Shown: one piece after another, positions 40,279 to 50,455 of the stretch
How the letters are laid out: each line of letters begins with the position of its first letter
How positions within the stretch are numbered: position 1 is the first letter of the stretch
Source: Longimicrobiales bacterium
GTDB taxonomy: Bacteria; Gemmatimonadota; Gemmatimonadetes; Longimicrobiales; Gaopeijiaceae
Length of the DNA: 64,000 nt
Reading direction: 5' to 3'
Assembly (NCBI GenBank): GCA_965249725.1
Contig: CBDFMQ010000002.1
Coordinates: 544,001 to 608,000, forward strand
Notes under the pieces: model-generated
Told to the model about the DNA's origin: nothing
Database searches by the model: none
What the model saw: the letters and a program-made list of their open reading frames with translations, nothing else
Made by a program: the position numbers and the translations under genes

Positions 40279-41576
40279 TAGATAACCAGACACCGGTCGA
40301 TCGGACCGTCCTGGTGGGAGCTCCTCTCAAGACAGTCGACGAGCGTGTCGTGCTGGAGCATCTCGAGGAACTGACGCGGCTCACCGACACGGCAGGTGGG
40401 GAAGTGGTCGACGTGGTGCGGCAGTGGATCGACGCTCCCCATCCGCGTTTCTTCATCGGCCGGGGCAAGGTGGACGAGCTGCGTGACCGTGTGAAGGCGG
40501 AGTCCGCGGACCTCGTGATCTTCGACGAAGAGTTGACTCCGGCCCAAGGCAAGGCGCTCGAGGACCGAGTGGGAGTTCGGGTGATGGATCGTTCCGAACT
40601 CATCCTCGACATCTTCGCGACGCGCGCTCGCACCAGCGAGTCCAAGATGCAGGTCGAGCTGGCGCAGCTTCAGTACCTGCTTCCAAGACTGAAGCGGATG
40701 TGGACCCACCTCTCCCGAATTCGAGGTGGCGTGGGGCTGCGAGGGCCAGGTGAGACACAGCTCGAATCCGACCGGCGCCTGATCGGCCGCAGAATCGCGG
40801 ACCTGGGGAAGAAGCTGGAGGGTGTGGCGTGGGCGCGTGAGATTCAGCGCCGTTCCCGAGACGGCCATTTTCGGGTGGCGCTCGTGGGCTACACCAATGC
40901 GGGCAAGTCGTCGCTTCTCCGTGCGCTGTCCGGGTCGGAACTCTTCGTGGAGGACCGGCTCTTTGCGACCCTGGATTCGACGACCCGGTCGGTGTCTCTG
41001 GGGGATGGCTTCGACGTGTTGGTGACCGACACCGTCGGGTTCATCCGCAAGCTGCCTCATCACCTGGTCGCCTCTTTCCGATCGACGCTGGAAGAGGCTC
41101 GGGAGGCGAACCTTCTCCTGCACGTCATCGACGCCTCCCATCCAGACTGGGAGGAGCAGAAGGAGGTCGTCGAGGAGGTCCTGGAAGCGCTCGATCTGAC
41201 CGGCCGACCCCAAGTGTTGGCGTTCAACAAGGTCGATCGTCTTACGCATGGGGAAGAAGAGGCGCTGACGAAGAGGATGCGTGCGCTCGAGCCGACGCCT
41301 TCCGTGTTCGTGTCCGCTCTGGATACCGAGACGTTGGAGCGACTCGGGTCCGTGCTGAAGGCGCGCATCCGAGGTGGCTTGCAGCATCTGTTCGTGCGGG
41401 TTTCCGCCGGGGACGGCCAGACGTTGGCGCTGCTCCATCGGGAGGGAGAAGTGCTCGGTCAGTCGCACGACGGGACGACCCTAGAGCTCGAGATCAGGGT
41501 CGCTCCGGCGGTTTGGGGTCGACTCGCTCAGATCGAGGGGCTCGAACTGGTCCGGGAGCACCACTCCGCTCTATGA
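40275..41576 (+). CDS. hflX: GTPase HflX
   Basis: LILDIF, QVELAQL.Y.LPRL, RGPGETQLE, GYTNAGKS, LFATLD, DTVGFI, NKVD. Start uncertain; TTG overlapping the rarA stop chosen. Confidence 0.95.
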   Translation: MIDNQTPVDRTVLVGAPLKTVDERVVLEHLEELTRLTDTAGGEVVDVVRQWIDAPHPRFFIGRGKVDELRDRVKAESADLVIFDEELTPAQGKALEDRVGVRVMDRSELILDIFATRARTSESKMQVELAQLQYLLPRLKRMWTHLSRIRGGVGLRGPGETQLESDRRLIGRRIADLGKKLEGVAWAREIQRRSRDGHFRVALVGYTNAGKSSLLRALSGSELFVEDRLFATLDSTTRSVSLGDGFDVLVTDTVGFIRKLPHHLVASFRSTLEEAREANLLLHVIDASHPDWEEQKEVVEEVLEALDLTGRPQVLAFNKVDRLTHGEEEALTKRMRALEPTPSVFVSALDTETLERLGSVLKARIRGGLQHLFVRVSAGDGQTLALLHREGEVLGQSHDGTTLELEIRVAPAVWGRLAQIEGLELVREHHSAL

Positions 41577-42442
41577 CCGATAAGCTGATGATCGTGGGCC
41601 CCGGAAGGCTCGGACTCGCGCTCGGGTCCGCCCTGTGGCAGGCCGATGGAGTCGAGAGTCTCGTCTACCAGGGACGTCGGCCCGAGCCCCCGTCACACCC
41701 TCTGTTCACGCAGGGCGTGGCGCGGTATGTGTTCGGATTGGAGAGACCCGCTCCGGGCACGACGGGTGTCTTCCTAGCCGTGCCGGACGATCGAGTTCCC
41801 GAGCTGGCTCGGGCCCTCTCCGCACTAGGAGATGCACCGGAGCGTTGCGCGGCGTTTCATATGTCCGGTGCGCTGAGCACGGACGCGCTGAGCCCGCTGC
41901 ACGCCGTTGGATATCAGGTCGGCTCGTTCTATCCCCTCCAGACCGTGGCACATCCGGTAACCGGAGCCGATCGACTTCCCGGGTCCTCCGTCTCCGTCGC
42001 CGGGGAGCCCCAGGCATTGCAGGTCGCGCACCGACTTCTCGGGGTCTTGGGATGTAGGGCGATTTCAGTCTCCACGCGACTGCGTCCGACCCAGCATGCG
42101 GCGGCCGTCCTGGGATCGAATTATCTTGCTGTGGTGCTGGCGTCGGCCTTCCGGATGCTCGGCACTGCCGGGCTCTCCGGCGAAGAGTCCATGGAGGCCC
42201 TGCTCGCGCTGGCGCGCGGTACGCTCGACAACATCGAGGAGATGGGCCTGGAACGCGCTTTGGTGGGGCCTGTGACCCGGGGCGAAATCGAGACACTGAG
42301 CCTTCATCTGAGAAACGCCGATCCACGGTCGCGGGAATTGTACAAGGTACTCGGCCGGGAGCTGATCGAGCTTCTGGGACCCGGGAACCTCGACGAGGAG
42401 ACTATGCACTCGGTTTGGAAGCTGTTCGAGGTCGAACGATGA
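41573..42442 (+). CDS. Rossmann-like plus DUF2520 protein (PanG-like)
   Basis: [34 protein letters not shown]. Confidence 0.8.
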   Translation: MTDKLMIVGPGRLGLALGSALWQADGVESLVYQGRRPEPPSHPLFTQGVARYVFGLERPAPGTTGVFLAVPDDRVPELARALSALGDAPERCAAFHMSGALSTDALSPLHAVGYQVGSFYPLQTVAHPVTGADRLPGSSVSVAGEPQALQVAHRLLGVLGCRAISVSTRLRPTQHAAAVLGSNYLAVVLASAFRMLGTAGLSGEESMEALLALARGTLDNIEEMGLERALVGPVTRGEIETLSLHLRNADPRSRELYKVLGRELIELLGPGNLDEETMHSVWKLFEVER

Positions 42443-43182
42443 GGTTCTACGTCAACATCGACCACGTCGCCACGGTCCGTGAGGCCCGTGGCACGGATGA
42501 GCCCGATCCTGTCCGCGCCGCTGTGCTGGTGGAGTTGGCGGGTGCCCACGGGATCACGGTCCATCTGCGCGAGGATCGTCGCCACGTCAACGAGAGGGAC
42601 GTACGGCTCCTCATGGAAACCGTGCGGACCGGTGTGAACTTCGAGCTGGCGGCGGCAACGGACGTTCTCGCTATCGCGTGTGAGCTTCGGCCCATGCAGG
42701 CCACCCTGGTGCCGGAGAAGCGTGAGGAAGTCACCACGGAAGGTGGCCTGGCCTTGGGCGAGGCCGCCGTCCGTTCGTCCACCGGCGAGGCCCTGCAGCG
42801 GCTGAAGGCGGCCGGCATCCGCACGGCACTGTTCGTCGATCCCGACGAGGATGTGATCCGGGCGACCGCGGAGCTGGGGGCCGACGCCGTCGAGCTGCAC
42901 ACGGGTGAGTATGCCAACGCCTGGGCGACCCCGGAGGGTGATGTTCAACTCACACGGCTGGCCGACGCGGCGACACTAGCGGCGAGCCTCGGCTTGGCGG
43001 TCCACGCCGGACATGGGCTGACATATGAAAACGTCACGCCGGTGGCGGCGATCCCGCTGATCGAGGAGCTGAACATCGGGCATTCCATCGTCTCGCGTGC
43101 GGTGCTGGTCGGGATGGAGCGGGCCGTGCGCGAGATGGGCGAATTGATCGTGGCTGCCAGGGGTGGAGCGACCGGCGCTTGA
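42439..43182 (+). CDS. pdxJ: Pyridoxine 5'-phosphate synthase
   Basis: [48 protein letters not shown]. Confidence 0.97.
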   Translation: MRFYVNIDHVATVREARGTDEPDPVRAAVLVELAGAHGITVHLREDRRHVNERDVRLLMETVRTGVNFELAAATDVLAIACELRPMQATLVPEKREEVTTEGGLALGEAAVRSSTGEALQRLKAAGIRTALFVDPDEDVIRATAELGADAVELHTGEYANAWATPEGDVQLTRLADAATLAASLGLAVHAGHGLTYENVTPVAAIPLIEELNIGHSIVSRAVLVGMERAVREMGELIVAARGGATGA

Positions 43183-44309
43183 GGCTGAACTGGAAGACCA
43201 TCGTCGGTGTCGGAATCAGTGCCTTCTTCATTTGGTGGGTGCTCCGCGGGGAGGATCTGGGGCAGATTCTCGAGCAGTTATCCCAAGCCAACATCTGGTA
43301 TTTTCTGGCCTCGATTCTGGTCGGTACAGCGGGCTACTTCATCCGCGCCCTACGCTGGAATATGCTGCTCCAGCCGGTCTGCCCCGACTCGAAGCTGCGA
43401 TCCCGATTTGCCGCCATCTGCATCGGTTTCGCAGTCAACAACGTCTTCCCGGCCCGGCTGGGCGAGCTTGCTCGACCGTTCGCGCTGAGTCGCTCCGAGA
43501 AGGTCACCGTGTCCGGGGCCTTTGGCAGTCTGGTCGTCGAACGCTTCCTGGACTCTCTGGTCTTGGTCACGCTGTTTCTGGTACCGATGGCGCTGCCGTC
43601 GTTTCCCGGCACGGACGACTTTCTGGCGGGCGCGGGCGGGACGATTCTCAAAGCCACCTTCGTGATGCTGGCGGTCTTCTTGGTCGGCCTGGTCGCACTC
43701 CTGATCTTCCCCGAGCCGCTCATACGTCTTGCGGAGAGAATCTGTGGACGTCTGCCCCACCCTCTGGGGGACAGGCTCGTGGGTGCGCTCGAGTCCTTTC
43801 TGCACGCCTTGAAGGTGCTGAGGCAGCCGAGGCTGCTTTCGGAGGCCATCCTGTGGAGCTACGGCTTCTGGATCTGGCACGGCTGGTCGTTCTGGCTCGG
43901 CATGAAGGCGTTCGGCATCGATCTTGGCTTCGACGCTGCGCTCTTCACGGCGGCCGTCGTGGGATTTGCCGTAGCGATACCTGCGTCTCCCGGGTTCTTC
44001 GGGACCTTCCAACTGGGGGCGGACCTCGCGCTGAACGGGGTCTATGGGGCGGCGGCCCCGGCTACCCTGGCGTTCGCCTTCGGCTACCATCTCGGCGGCT
44101 TCTTCCCGGTCACGATCATCGGCTTCTACTATGCGTGGCGCATGGGATTTTCGGTGGCGGAGATGCGAGGGAGCGAGGCCACGGTCCAGCGTGCGATGGA
44201 GTCCGAGGTGCCGTCAGCGCACGACGGCATTACCGATGACGATGGCGGACATGCCGACCGCGACACCGATCCCTCCGATGACGCACCCGGGACCTCGGAC
44301 CGTGGCTGA
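43179..44309 (+). CDS. Lysylphosphatidylglycerol synthase TM / flippase-like (UPF0104) protein
   Basis: [30 protein letters not shown]; multiple TM helices. Confidence 0.88.
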   Translation: MRLNWKTIVGVGISAFFIWWVLRGEDLGQILEQLSQANIWYFLASILVGTAGYFIRALRWNMLLQPVCPDSKLRSRFAAICIGFAVNNVFPARLGELARPFALSRSEKVTVSGAFGSLVVERFLDSLVLVTLFLVPMALPSFPGTDDFLAGAGGTILKATFVMLAVFLVGLVALLIFPEPLIRLAERICGRLPHPLGDRLVGALESFLHALKVLRQPRLLSEAILWSYGFWIWHGWSFWLGMKAFGIDLGFDAALFTAAVVGFAVAIPASPGFFGTFQLGADLALNGVYGAAAPATLAFAFGYHLGGFFPVTIIGFYYAWRMGFSVAEMRGSEATVQRAMESEVPSAHDGITDDDGGHADRDTDPSDDAPGTSDRG

Positions 44310-45189
44310 GTTGGACGCAGTGCAAGTGATGGCCCCGGCCAAGATCAATCTCTTCCTGCGAGTTCTGGCGCGGGAAGTCTCGGGGTATCATCAAATCGAG
44401 ACTCTCTTCGCCGCCATCGACTTCTGCGATGACCTGCGTGTTGAACGGGCCGAAGAGGGGATCTCACTCGAGGTGGTCGGCGCCGATGTCGGACCCGAAA
44501 AGCTGAACCTGGCCTATCGGGCAGCCGTCAGCTTCCTCGAGGCCGCCTCGTTGAGCGCCGGTGTCCGGATGCGATTGACCAAGAACGTCCCGGCCGAAGC
44601 GGGCCTCGGTGGTGGTTCTTCGGATGCGGGGGCCACGTTGCGGGCGCTGAACATGCTCTTCGGCAATCCCGTCTCAAAGCTCGCGCTGTTGCGGTGTGCG
44701 GCGGATCTCGGGTCGGATGTTCCTTTCTTCGCTTCCGGCGCCGGCAGGGCGTTGGCATGGGGTCGAGGGGAACAGCTCCTGCCCCTCCCAGCCGACCGCG
44801 AGGTGGCGGTGTTGCTCGCTCTCCCGTCGGTGAAGGTGTCCACCGCCGCCGCCTACGAGGAACTCGGTCCGGATGTGCGCGCCGCACCGTCGGCACACGA
44901 TCTCGCCGCGCTCGAACGGTCCGAGAGGCTCGCCGAGGTCTGCATGAACGACTTCGAACCCTCGGTCTTCTCTCGTCACCCGCAGCTCGGAGAGCTTAGG
45001 AAAGCGATCGACGGTACAGGGGCCCTGACGACACGGCTGTCGGGAAGCGGTGCGGCCCTCTTCGCACTCTTCGACGACCAGGCGTCTGCGGAATCGGGGA
45101 AGGAGTCTTTGTCGTCTTCCTGGTCCGATGTCAGATTCGTCGTCACACGGACCTTGGCGGCTCAACCGACCCCGACGACCACGGCCTAG
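44302..45189 (+). CDS. ispE: 4-diphosphocytidyl-2-C-methyl-D-erythritol kinase
   Basis: APAKINLFL, GYH, AGLGGGSSDA, LGSDVPFF, GRGE, NDFE, LSGSG. Confidence 0.96.
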   Translation: MAELDAVQVMAPAKINLFLRVLAREVSGYHQIETLFAAIDFCDDLRVERAEEGISLEVVGADVGPEKLNLAYRAAVSFLEAASLSAGVRMRLTKNVPAEAGLGGGSSDAGATLRALNMLFGNPVSKLALLRCAADLGSDVPFFASGAGRALAWGRGEQLLPLPADREVAVLLALPSVKVSTAAAYEELGPDVRAAPSAHDLAALERSERLAEVCMNDFEPSVFSRHPQLGELRKAIDGTGALTTRLSGSGAALFALFDDQASAESGKESLSSSWSDVRFVVTRTLAAQPTPTTTA

Positions 45190-45205
45190 GTGCTCGTGGC
45201 ACGGG

Positions 45206-45234
45206 TTGAACCCAGTGATGCCCTCGGGTAGGAT
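45206..45234 (+). promoter_or_regulatory. Sigma70 promoter of tRNA-Gln
   Basis: TTGAAC-N17-TAGGAT. Confidence 0.5.
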
Positions 45235-45282
45235 TGTGCACCGGCCATACGACCCTCTTGTCGAGCCGGATGAGTAGGTATG

Positions 45283-45353
45283 TGGCCCGTCGTCTAATGG
45301 CAGGACACCGGTCTTTGGCACCGGCGGTGATGGTTCGAATCCATCCGGGCCAA
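45283..45353 (+). tRNA. tRNA-Gln (anticodon TTG); CCA not encoded
   Basis: Acceptor stem TGGCCCG/CGGGCCA; anticodon arm CCGGT-CTTTGGC-ACCGG; T-arm GATGG-TTCGAAT-CCATC; usual position after ispE. Confidence 0.95.
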
Positions 45354-45361
45354 CTTGCGGC

Positions 45362-45399
45362 ACCCCTGTGATCGTGGGCCGTCACAGGGGTTTCTTCTT
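45362..45399 (+). terminator. Rho-independent terminator after the tRNA
   Basis: acccctgtga...tcacaggggt followed by ttcttctt. Confidence 0.75.
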
Positions 45400-45470
45400 G
45401 CCCGGCCAACGAGCCTGGGCAACCTTTGCTTCGAATCTTCGGAAGGACTCGATCCGTCACCGGTGCACAC

Positions 45471-47939
45471 ATGCTAGTGGACTTTGACCGTCTGCAAGAA
45501 GCTCTCGCGGGGCGCTACACGCTCGAGCGGGAGTTGGGTCAGGGTGGGATGGCCGTGGTGTATCTGGCTGTGGACCCGAAGCACAACCGTCAGGTCGCGC
45601 TCAAAGTGCTGCTTCCTGAGCTGGCGGCGACGGTTGGACCGAAACGGTTCTTGCGTGAGATCGAGATCGCCGCTGGGTTGAACCATCCTCACGTCCTTCC
45701 TCTCCATGACTCCGGAGAGGCGGACGGATTCCTCTACTACGTGATGCCCTACGTGGAGGGGGAGTCGCTCGGAGACCGCCTCGTCCGTGACGGCCCGTTG
45801 CCGCTGGATGAGGCCCTGCGCTATGCTCGCGACGTTGCGGAGGGACTCGATTATGCGCACAGCCGCGGCGTCGTACATCGAGACATCAAGCCGGCCAACA
45901 TTCTGCTTTCTGAGGGCCATGCCCTCATCGCGGATTTCGGGGTGGCAAGGGCCCTCAGTGATGCCAACGAGGACCGGATGACATCGACGGGGCTCACGGT
46001 GGGGTCGATCGCATACATGAGCCCCGAGCAGGCGGCGGGCGAACGGGACTTCGACGGTAGGAGCGATCTCTACTCTCTGGGATGTGTTCTTTATGAGATG
46101 CTCTGCGGCGAGCAGCCGTTCACGGGGGAAACATCCAGAGCGGTACTGCTGAGCCACCTGAACAAGTCGCCCGATTCGCTCGCGAGTAGGGGCGTCAACG
46201 TGCCCGCCCCGGTCGAAGACGCACTTCTGGGGCTCATGGCGAAGGACCCGCAAGATCGTTGGTCGGCAGGGAACGTGTTCGTCGATGCGCTTGCCGGCGG
46301 TCTAGTGGGCGGGGCCCCCGGATCTGGACTTAGCGGGTCGGGGCTCGGCTCCAGGCTGGCTGGATGGAACCGTCCACTCTCGTTCGGCGTTGCGGCAGCC
46401 GTCGTAGCGCTGCTCGCGATGTCGCTTCGCTCCTAGGCGCCCTGGACCCAACGTGGACCCGCTCTCGATCCCACGAGAATTGCCGTTCTCTACTTCGACG
46501 ATCTCAGCCTAGAGCAGGACCTGGCCTATCTGGCGGACGGGCTCACGGAGTCACTCATCAATGCGCTAGGGCAGATTCAGCCGCTCCAGGTGGTGTCCCG
46601 AAACGGCGTGAAGCCCTACCGAGACAACCCCATCCCCATCGACAGCCTCGCGCGGATTCTTGCAGTGGGGAGCCTGGTCGAGGGGAGTGTCGAACGCTCA
46701 GAGGGCCAACTGATCGCCACGGTCCAACTGGTCGATGGTACGACGCAAACGCAGTCGTTCAGTGAGAGGATCGTGCGGGGTGGGAACGACATCTTGGCGC
46801 TTCGTGACGACATCGTAAAAGAGGCGACACGTCTATTGGGACAACAGCTCGGCCGGGAGCTTCAACTCAGGGAGGTCCGTGAGGGCACCGCCAGCAGTGA
46901 GGCCTGGCAGGCTTTTCGGCGGGCGACACGACTGTTGGAGGATGCGGACACGCTGAGGTGGGGGTTGGGCGACAACGAGTCGGCCAGTCGTGTGTTGGGT
47001 CAGGCCGACTCGATCCTGGCGCTCGCCGAGTCGCTCGACTCCGATTGGATGGAGCCGGTGGTCGAGAGAGGGTGGGTGGCCTGGACGTTGGCGAGTTTTA
47101 CCGGGTCTCGAGCCCGTCGGGACGAGGCGACGATACGCCGCGGGATCTCGCATGCCGATCGGGTGCTCGACAGGAATCCGGATGACGCCACGGCCGTCGA
47201 ACTCCGTGGTGTCCTCAGGAACGAACTGAGTTGGCTGAACTCGATCGCGGCCGACTCGACGGCGGTAAGGGCGCTGCGCCAGGGAGCCGAGGCGGATCTC
47301 AGGGCGGCTGTCGCCGCGGATCCCTCGAGGGCCCGGGCCTGGGTAGCGCTCGCCGACCTGTTGCGCGTTGGCGGAGACTTCGGCGAGGCATCGCTCGTGG
47401 CTCAGCGGGCCGTGGATGCGGACCCGTTCCTGATCAATGCCGAGAAGGAGATCCTGGTCACTCTGGGCCAGGTGTGGCTCGACCTCGGGGACCTGGATCG
47501 TGCCGAATCTTGGACCGAAGCCGGCCGGCGCCGGTACCCGGCGGAACTGGCATTTCCCGCGACTGCGTTGGTCATCTTGTCCGGGTGGGACGGAGCTGAA
47601 CCCGACGTCGAGATGGCGTGGGACCTGTCGGCGACGCTTCGTGGGTGGCTCAACGGAGAACTGCTGGTCGCCGGAGTGCTGGCTCGGGCTGGTCTGGCGG
47701 ATAGCGCAAGGGCCGTCGTCGACCGCGTCCGTCCGCAAGTCGGCGACGACCCTTGGGCCCGCTATTATGAGGCCAACACCCGGATCCAGCTCGGGGAACC
47801 GGCGCGCGCGGTCGTCCTCCTCGACGAGTTCCTCGAGCTAATGCCTGACCGGAAGGCCTACATCGCGAACGACTGGTGGTGGAAGGCCTTGGCCGAAAAC
47901 GAGGATTTCAGAGCTCTCATTGCGACCGAGTCGCAGTGA
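45471..47939 (+). pseudogene. Hanks-type Ser/Thr kinase-TM-TolB-like-TPR protein interrupted by an in-frame TAG at 46434-46436
   Basis: GQGGM, VALK, HRDIKPAN, DFG and YMSPE are intact. The same frame continues after the TAG as APWTQRGPALDPTRIAVLYFDD..LADGLTESLINAL into the 46590..47939 ORF. Confidence 0.85.
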
Positions 47940-47948
47940 CTCCGCCAG

Positions 47949-48401
47949 CTACGGCTGGCTGTGATCCTGACCGCCTGAACCGATCTCTACTTCAGGGTCG
48001 AGGAACAGCGGTCGGCCTGGTCCCCGCCAGACCCGAATGTCGTACTTGTAGCGCACGCCGACCTCTGCGTCGCCGGCCACGACCGCACGGGCCCGGTGGT
48101 TCGCGTTTTGGTTGGGCCCCCTGTTGCTGTCGAGCCCTCGCTGTGATGCGCCGGCGCCGAACGGCCGTCCGGACTGGAATCGCACCTGGAACCGCTCGAT
48201 GCCCGACCCTGCCGCCAGTTGCCATTCGATGGGCTGTCCACGATTCACCACGATCACATCGGGACTCGCCGTGACGTTGTCACCGGAAACCCCGATGACC
48301 ACGACGGCGGCTTCCTGGATCAGGGGCTCGAGAGTCTCCACGGGCTGTGCGGCGACAAGACAGATCGCTAGCAGGGCGGGAACGCCGAACGTGACTTTCA
48401 T
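47949..48401 (-). CDS. Small secreted beta-sandwich (cupredoxin-like) protein
   Basis: GGAGG RBS; signal peptide; P..I.V.RG..I.W and YKYDI....LDPEVEI pattern. Confidence 0.7.
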   Translation of the reverse strand: MKVTFGVPALLAICLVAAQPVETLEPLIQEAAVVVIGVSGDNVTASPDVIVVNRGQPIEWQLAAGSGIERFQVRFQSGRPFGAGASQRGLDSNRGPNQNANHRARAVVAGDAEVGVRYKYDIRVWRGPGRPLFLDPEVEIGSGGQDHSQP

Positions 48402-48498
48402 TTACCACCTCCTGAAGGGGACATCGACCGGTTTGGTCGCGATGATCCGTGCACTTAGGTATGAAGAGTGGGCCCATCGAGCAATGCTTTCCTGGATC

Positions 48499-50388
48499 AT
48501 GAACCGGAATTTCCTCGGAATCACGCTGGCCTTGGCCGTTGGCATGACGCTTGGCCCGGGACGGATGGAGATCTCCGGGAGCACAGTGCCGGGGGTCCCC
48601 ATGTCCTGGGCCCAACGGGAACCCATTCGATCTCAAGCCCCCGATTCCTCAGATGTACTCGGCAGCGCCCGAAGCGCTCAGGCTCGATTCGAACGTCAGC
48701 GCCGGCGCTTGCTCCCCCTGGCCCTGGCCGCTAGCGGCGGGCCCTGCGAGGAACGGGTCGGGCGCTTCTGCATGTGGCACTCCGGAGAGGACGATTGGGC
48801 ACCCGTCCCCGACCCGCCGGAGTTGATGGCCTTGCGGAAGAGCCTACTCGACGAGTTAGCCGAGCTCACCGGCGAAATCCCGAGTGACGGGTGGATCCTC
48901 GGCCAAAGGATTTTCTATCTGGCTGAAGCGGGCCGGTGGTCGGAGGCTCAGGAATTGGCCGGGGCCTGCGAGGTCCAGGCCGGATGGTGGTGCGATGTGC
49001 TCCTGGGATTCGCCCAACATGGTGGGGGCGACTACCCAGGGGCTCTGGTCGCCTTCGAGCGGGGACTCTCCACGATGGATCCGGAACGGATCCAGGATTG
49101 GCGCAACCCGGAGTTTCTTCTGGACGGTCGGGCCCGCGACCTCTTGAACGAAGCCGACGACGAGGAGTGGGAGTCTCTTACTGCTTGGTTCTGGATGCTC
49201 GCGGACCCGCTGTACCTCATGGCCGGGAATGACCGGGAGACGGAGCACTATGCCCGCTGGACCTTCTCCGAGATGAGTGACCGAGCTCGCAACCCGCACG
49301 CGATGGCATGGGGACCCGATCTGGAGGAACTGACGGTACGGTATGGTTGGGAGAGGGGTTGGGAGAAGCGACCTCCCGCCGTCGGGTTGGGCCGTCGCGA
49401 TGGTGGCGCGATCGGGCACGTGCTTCCCGAGTCACGAGAGTTCGTGGCGCCCGGATTCGTGCTCGAGCGACCGTGGGAGACTGAGCCCGGCGAATGGGCG
49501 GCGGACGAGCACCCCCGGAGTTCTCACGTGGCGGCGTACGCGCCGGACCTGGTGGCGGGTGTCGGGCAGGTGGCGGTCCTCCACAGGGGGGACAGCGTGC
49601 TCGTCGCTGCCGCCACGCGGTTGCCCGAGCCCGCCGATTCCTCGACTGCAGGGTCGTTTCCGGGCGCGACCCGACCCGACCCGCCGGACGGCCCGTTCCC
49701 GTGGGCTCAGCCGGCGTTGCTCGACGAACCCGATCGCGTCGGGCTATTCCTGATCGATCGAGAGAGGACGGTCAGCGGGGTCCGCAGTGTGGGAGCAAGT
49801 GCGGATGTGCTGACACTGTCGGTGCCCGCCGGCGACTACCTCATGAGCCTCGAGGCCTGGTCGCCCTCCGACGGGCGTGGCTGGCGCATCCGTCACGGTA
49901 TCGTCACCGACACGATTGCGGAGGACCTGGCCACGCTGTCGGATCTGATCGTTCTCGATGCCACCGATCCACCCTGGCAGCGGCTCGACGCGGCGTTGCC
50001 GTACATGCGACCCTCGCTGGAATTGATCCCGGGCCAGCGGATCTCTGTGGGGTGGGAGATCTTTGGATTAGGGTGGCGCCCGGAGGTGATCGATTTCGAG
50101 TTGAGCCTCTCCGGCAGAGGGGAGGGGTTCTTTGGGAAGGTGGGGCGGTGGTTGGGGTTCGGCGCAGCCGACGAGCCCCTTCGGGTCGGTTGGAGGGAAC
50201 CCGGTCCCGGGGAGACGGGGCCTTGGTTCCGTTCCGTAAATATGGACATTCCCGAGCTCGAGGCAGGGGAGTATCTGCTCCGTTTGGAGCTATCGGTACC
50301 GGGTCGGGAACCGCTGGTCGGGACGCGGACCGTCGAGATCCTCGGAGCAGTCACGAAAGTCGCTCAACCACAAGACGTTCGGCGTTGA
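48499..50388 (+). CDS. Secreted hypothetical protein with a divergent GWxTD-like region
   Basis: Signal-like MNRNFLGITLALAVG; FW..ADPLYL..GNDR..EHYAR and ELTVRYGW; beta-rich C-terminus ending GEYLLRLEL. Start moved to ATG 48499. Confidence 0.65.
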   Translation: MNRNFLGITLALAVGMTLGPGRMEISGSTVPGVPMSWAQREPIRSQAPDSSDVLGSARSAQARFERQRRRLLPLALAASGGPCEERVGRFCMWHSGEDDWAPVPDPPELMALRKSLLDELAELTGEIPSDGWILGQRIFYLAEAGRWSEAQELAGACEVQAGWWCDVLLGFAQHGGGDYPGALVAFERGLSTMDPERIQDWRNPEFLLDGRARDLLNEADDEEWESLTAWFWMLADPLYLMAGNDRETEHYARWTFSEMSDRARNPHAMAWGPDLEELTVRYGWERGWEKRPPAVGLGRRDGGAIGHVLPESREFVAPGFVLERPWETEPGEWAADEHPRSSHVAAYAPDLVAGVGQVAVLHRGDSVLVAAATRLPEPADSSTAGSFPGATRPDPPDGPFPWAQPALLDEPDRVGLFLIDRERTVSGVRSVGASADVLTLSVPAGDYLMSLEAWSPSDGRGWRIRHGIVTDTIAEDLATLSDLIVLDATDPPWQRLDAALPYMRPSLELIPGQRISVGWEIFGLGWRPEVIDFELSLSGRGEGFFGKVGRWLGFGAADEPLRVGWREPGPGETGPWFRSVNMDIPELEAGEYLLRLELSVPGREPLVGTRTVEILGAVTKVAQPQDVRR

Positions 50389-50413
50389 CGACCCTTCCAG
50401 GAAGATCTAACTT
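50385..50413 (+). promoter_or_regulatory. Sigma70 promoter of prs-rplY-pth
   Basis: TTGACG-N17-TAACTT. Confidence 0.6.
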
Positions 50414-50455
50414 TTCAGGCTGTTGCCACCTGGTGCTACACTCGGTCTGAGGTCC

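Noticed and set aside
40251..41468. 405-aa minus-strand ORF
   Set aside because: Antisense shadow of hflX.
46434..46436. Pyrrolysine recoding
   Set aside because: No pyl genes in the window, and TAG is the normal stop of several genes here (purD, glpK, ccmF, hppA).
48112..48498. N-terminal extension of the 758-aa ORF
   Set aside because: It overlaps the opposite-strand secreted-protein gene, which has a strong RBS; the signal-like sequence begins at ATG 48499.
45354..50400. Integrative element or prophage at tRNA-Gln
   Set aside because: No integrase, no repeat of the tRNA 3' end noticed, and no obvious compositional shift.
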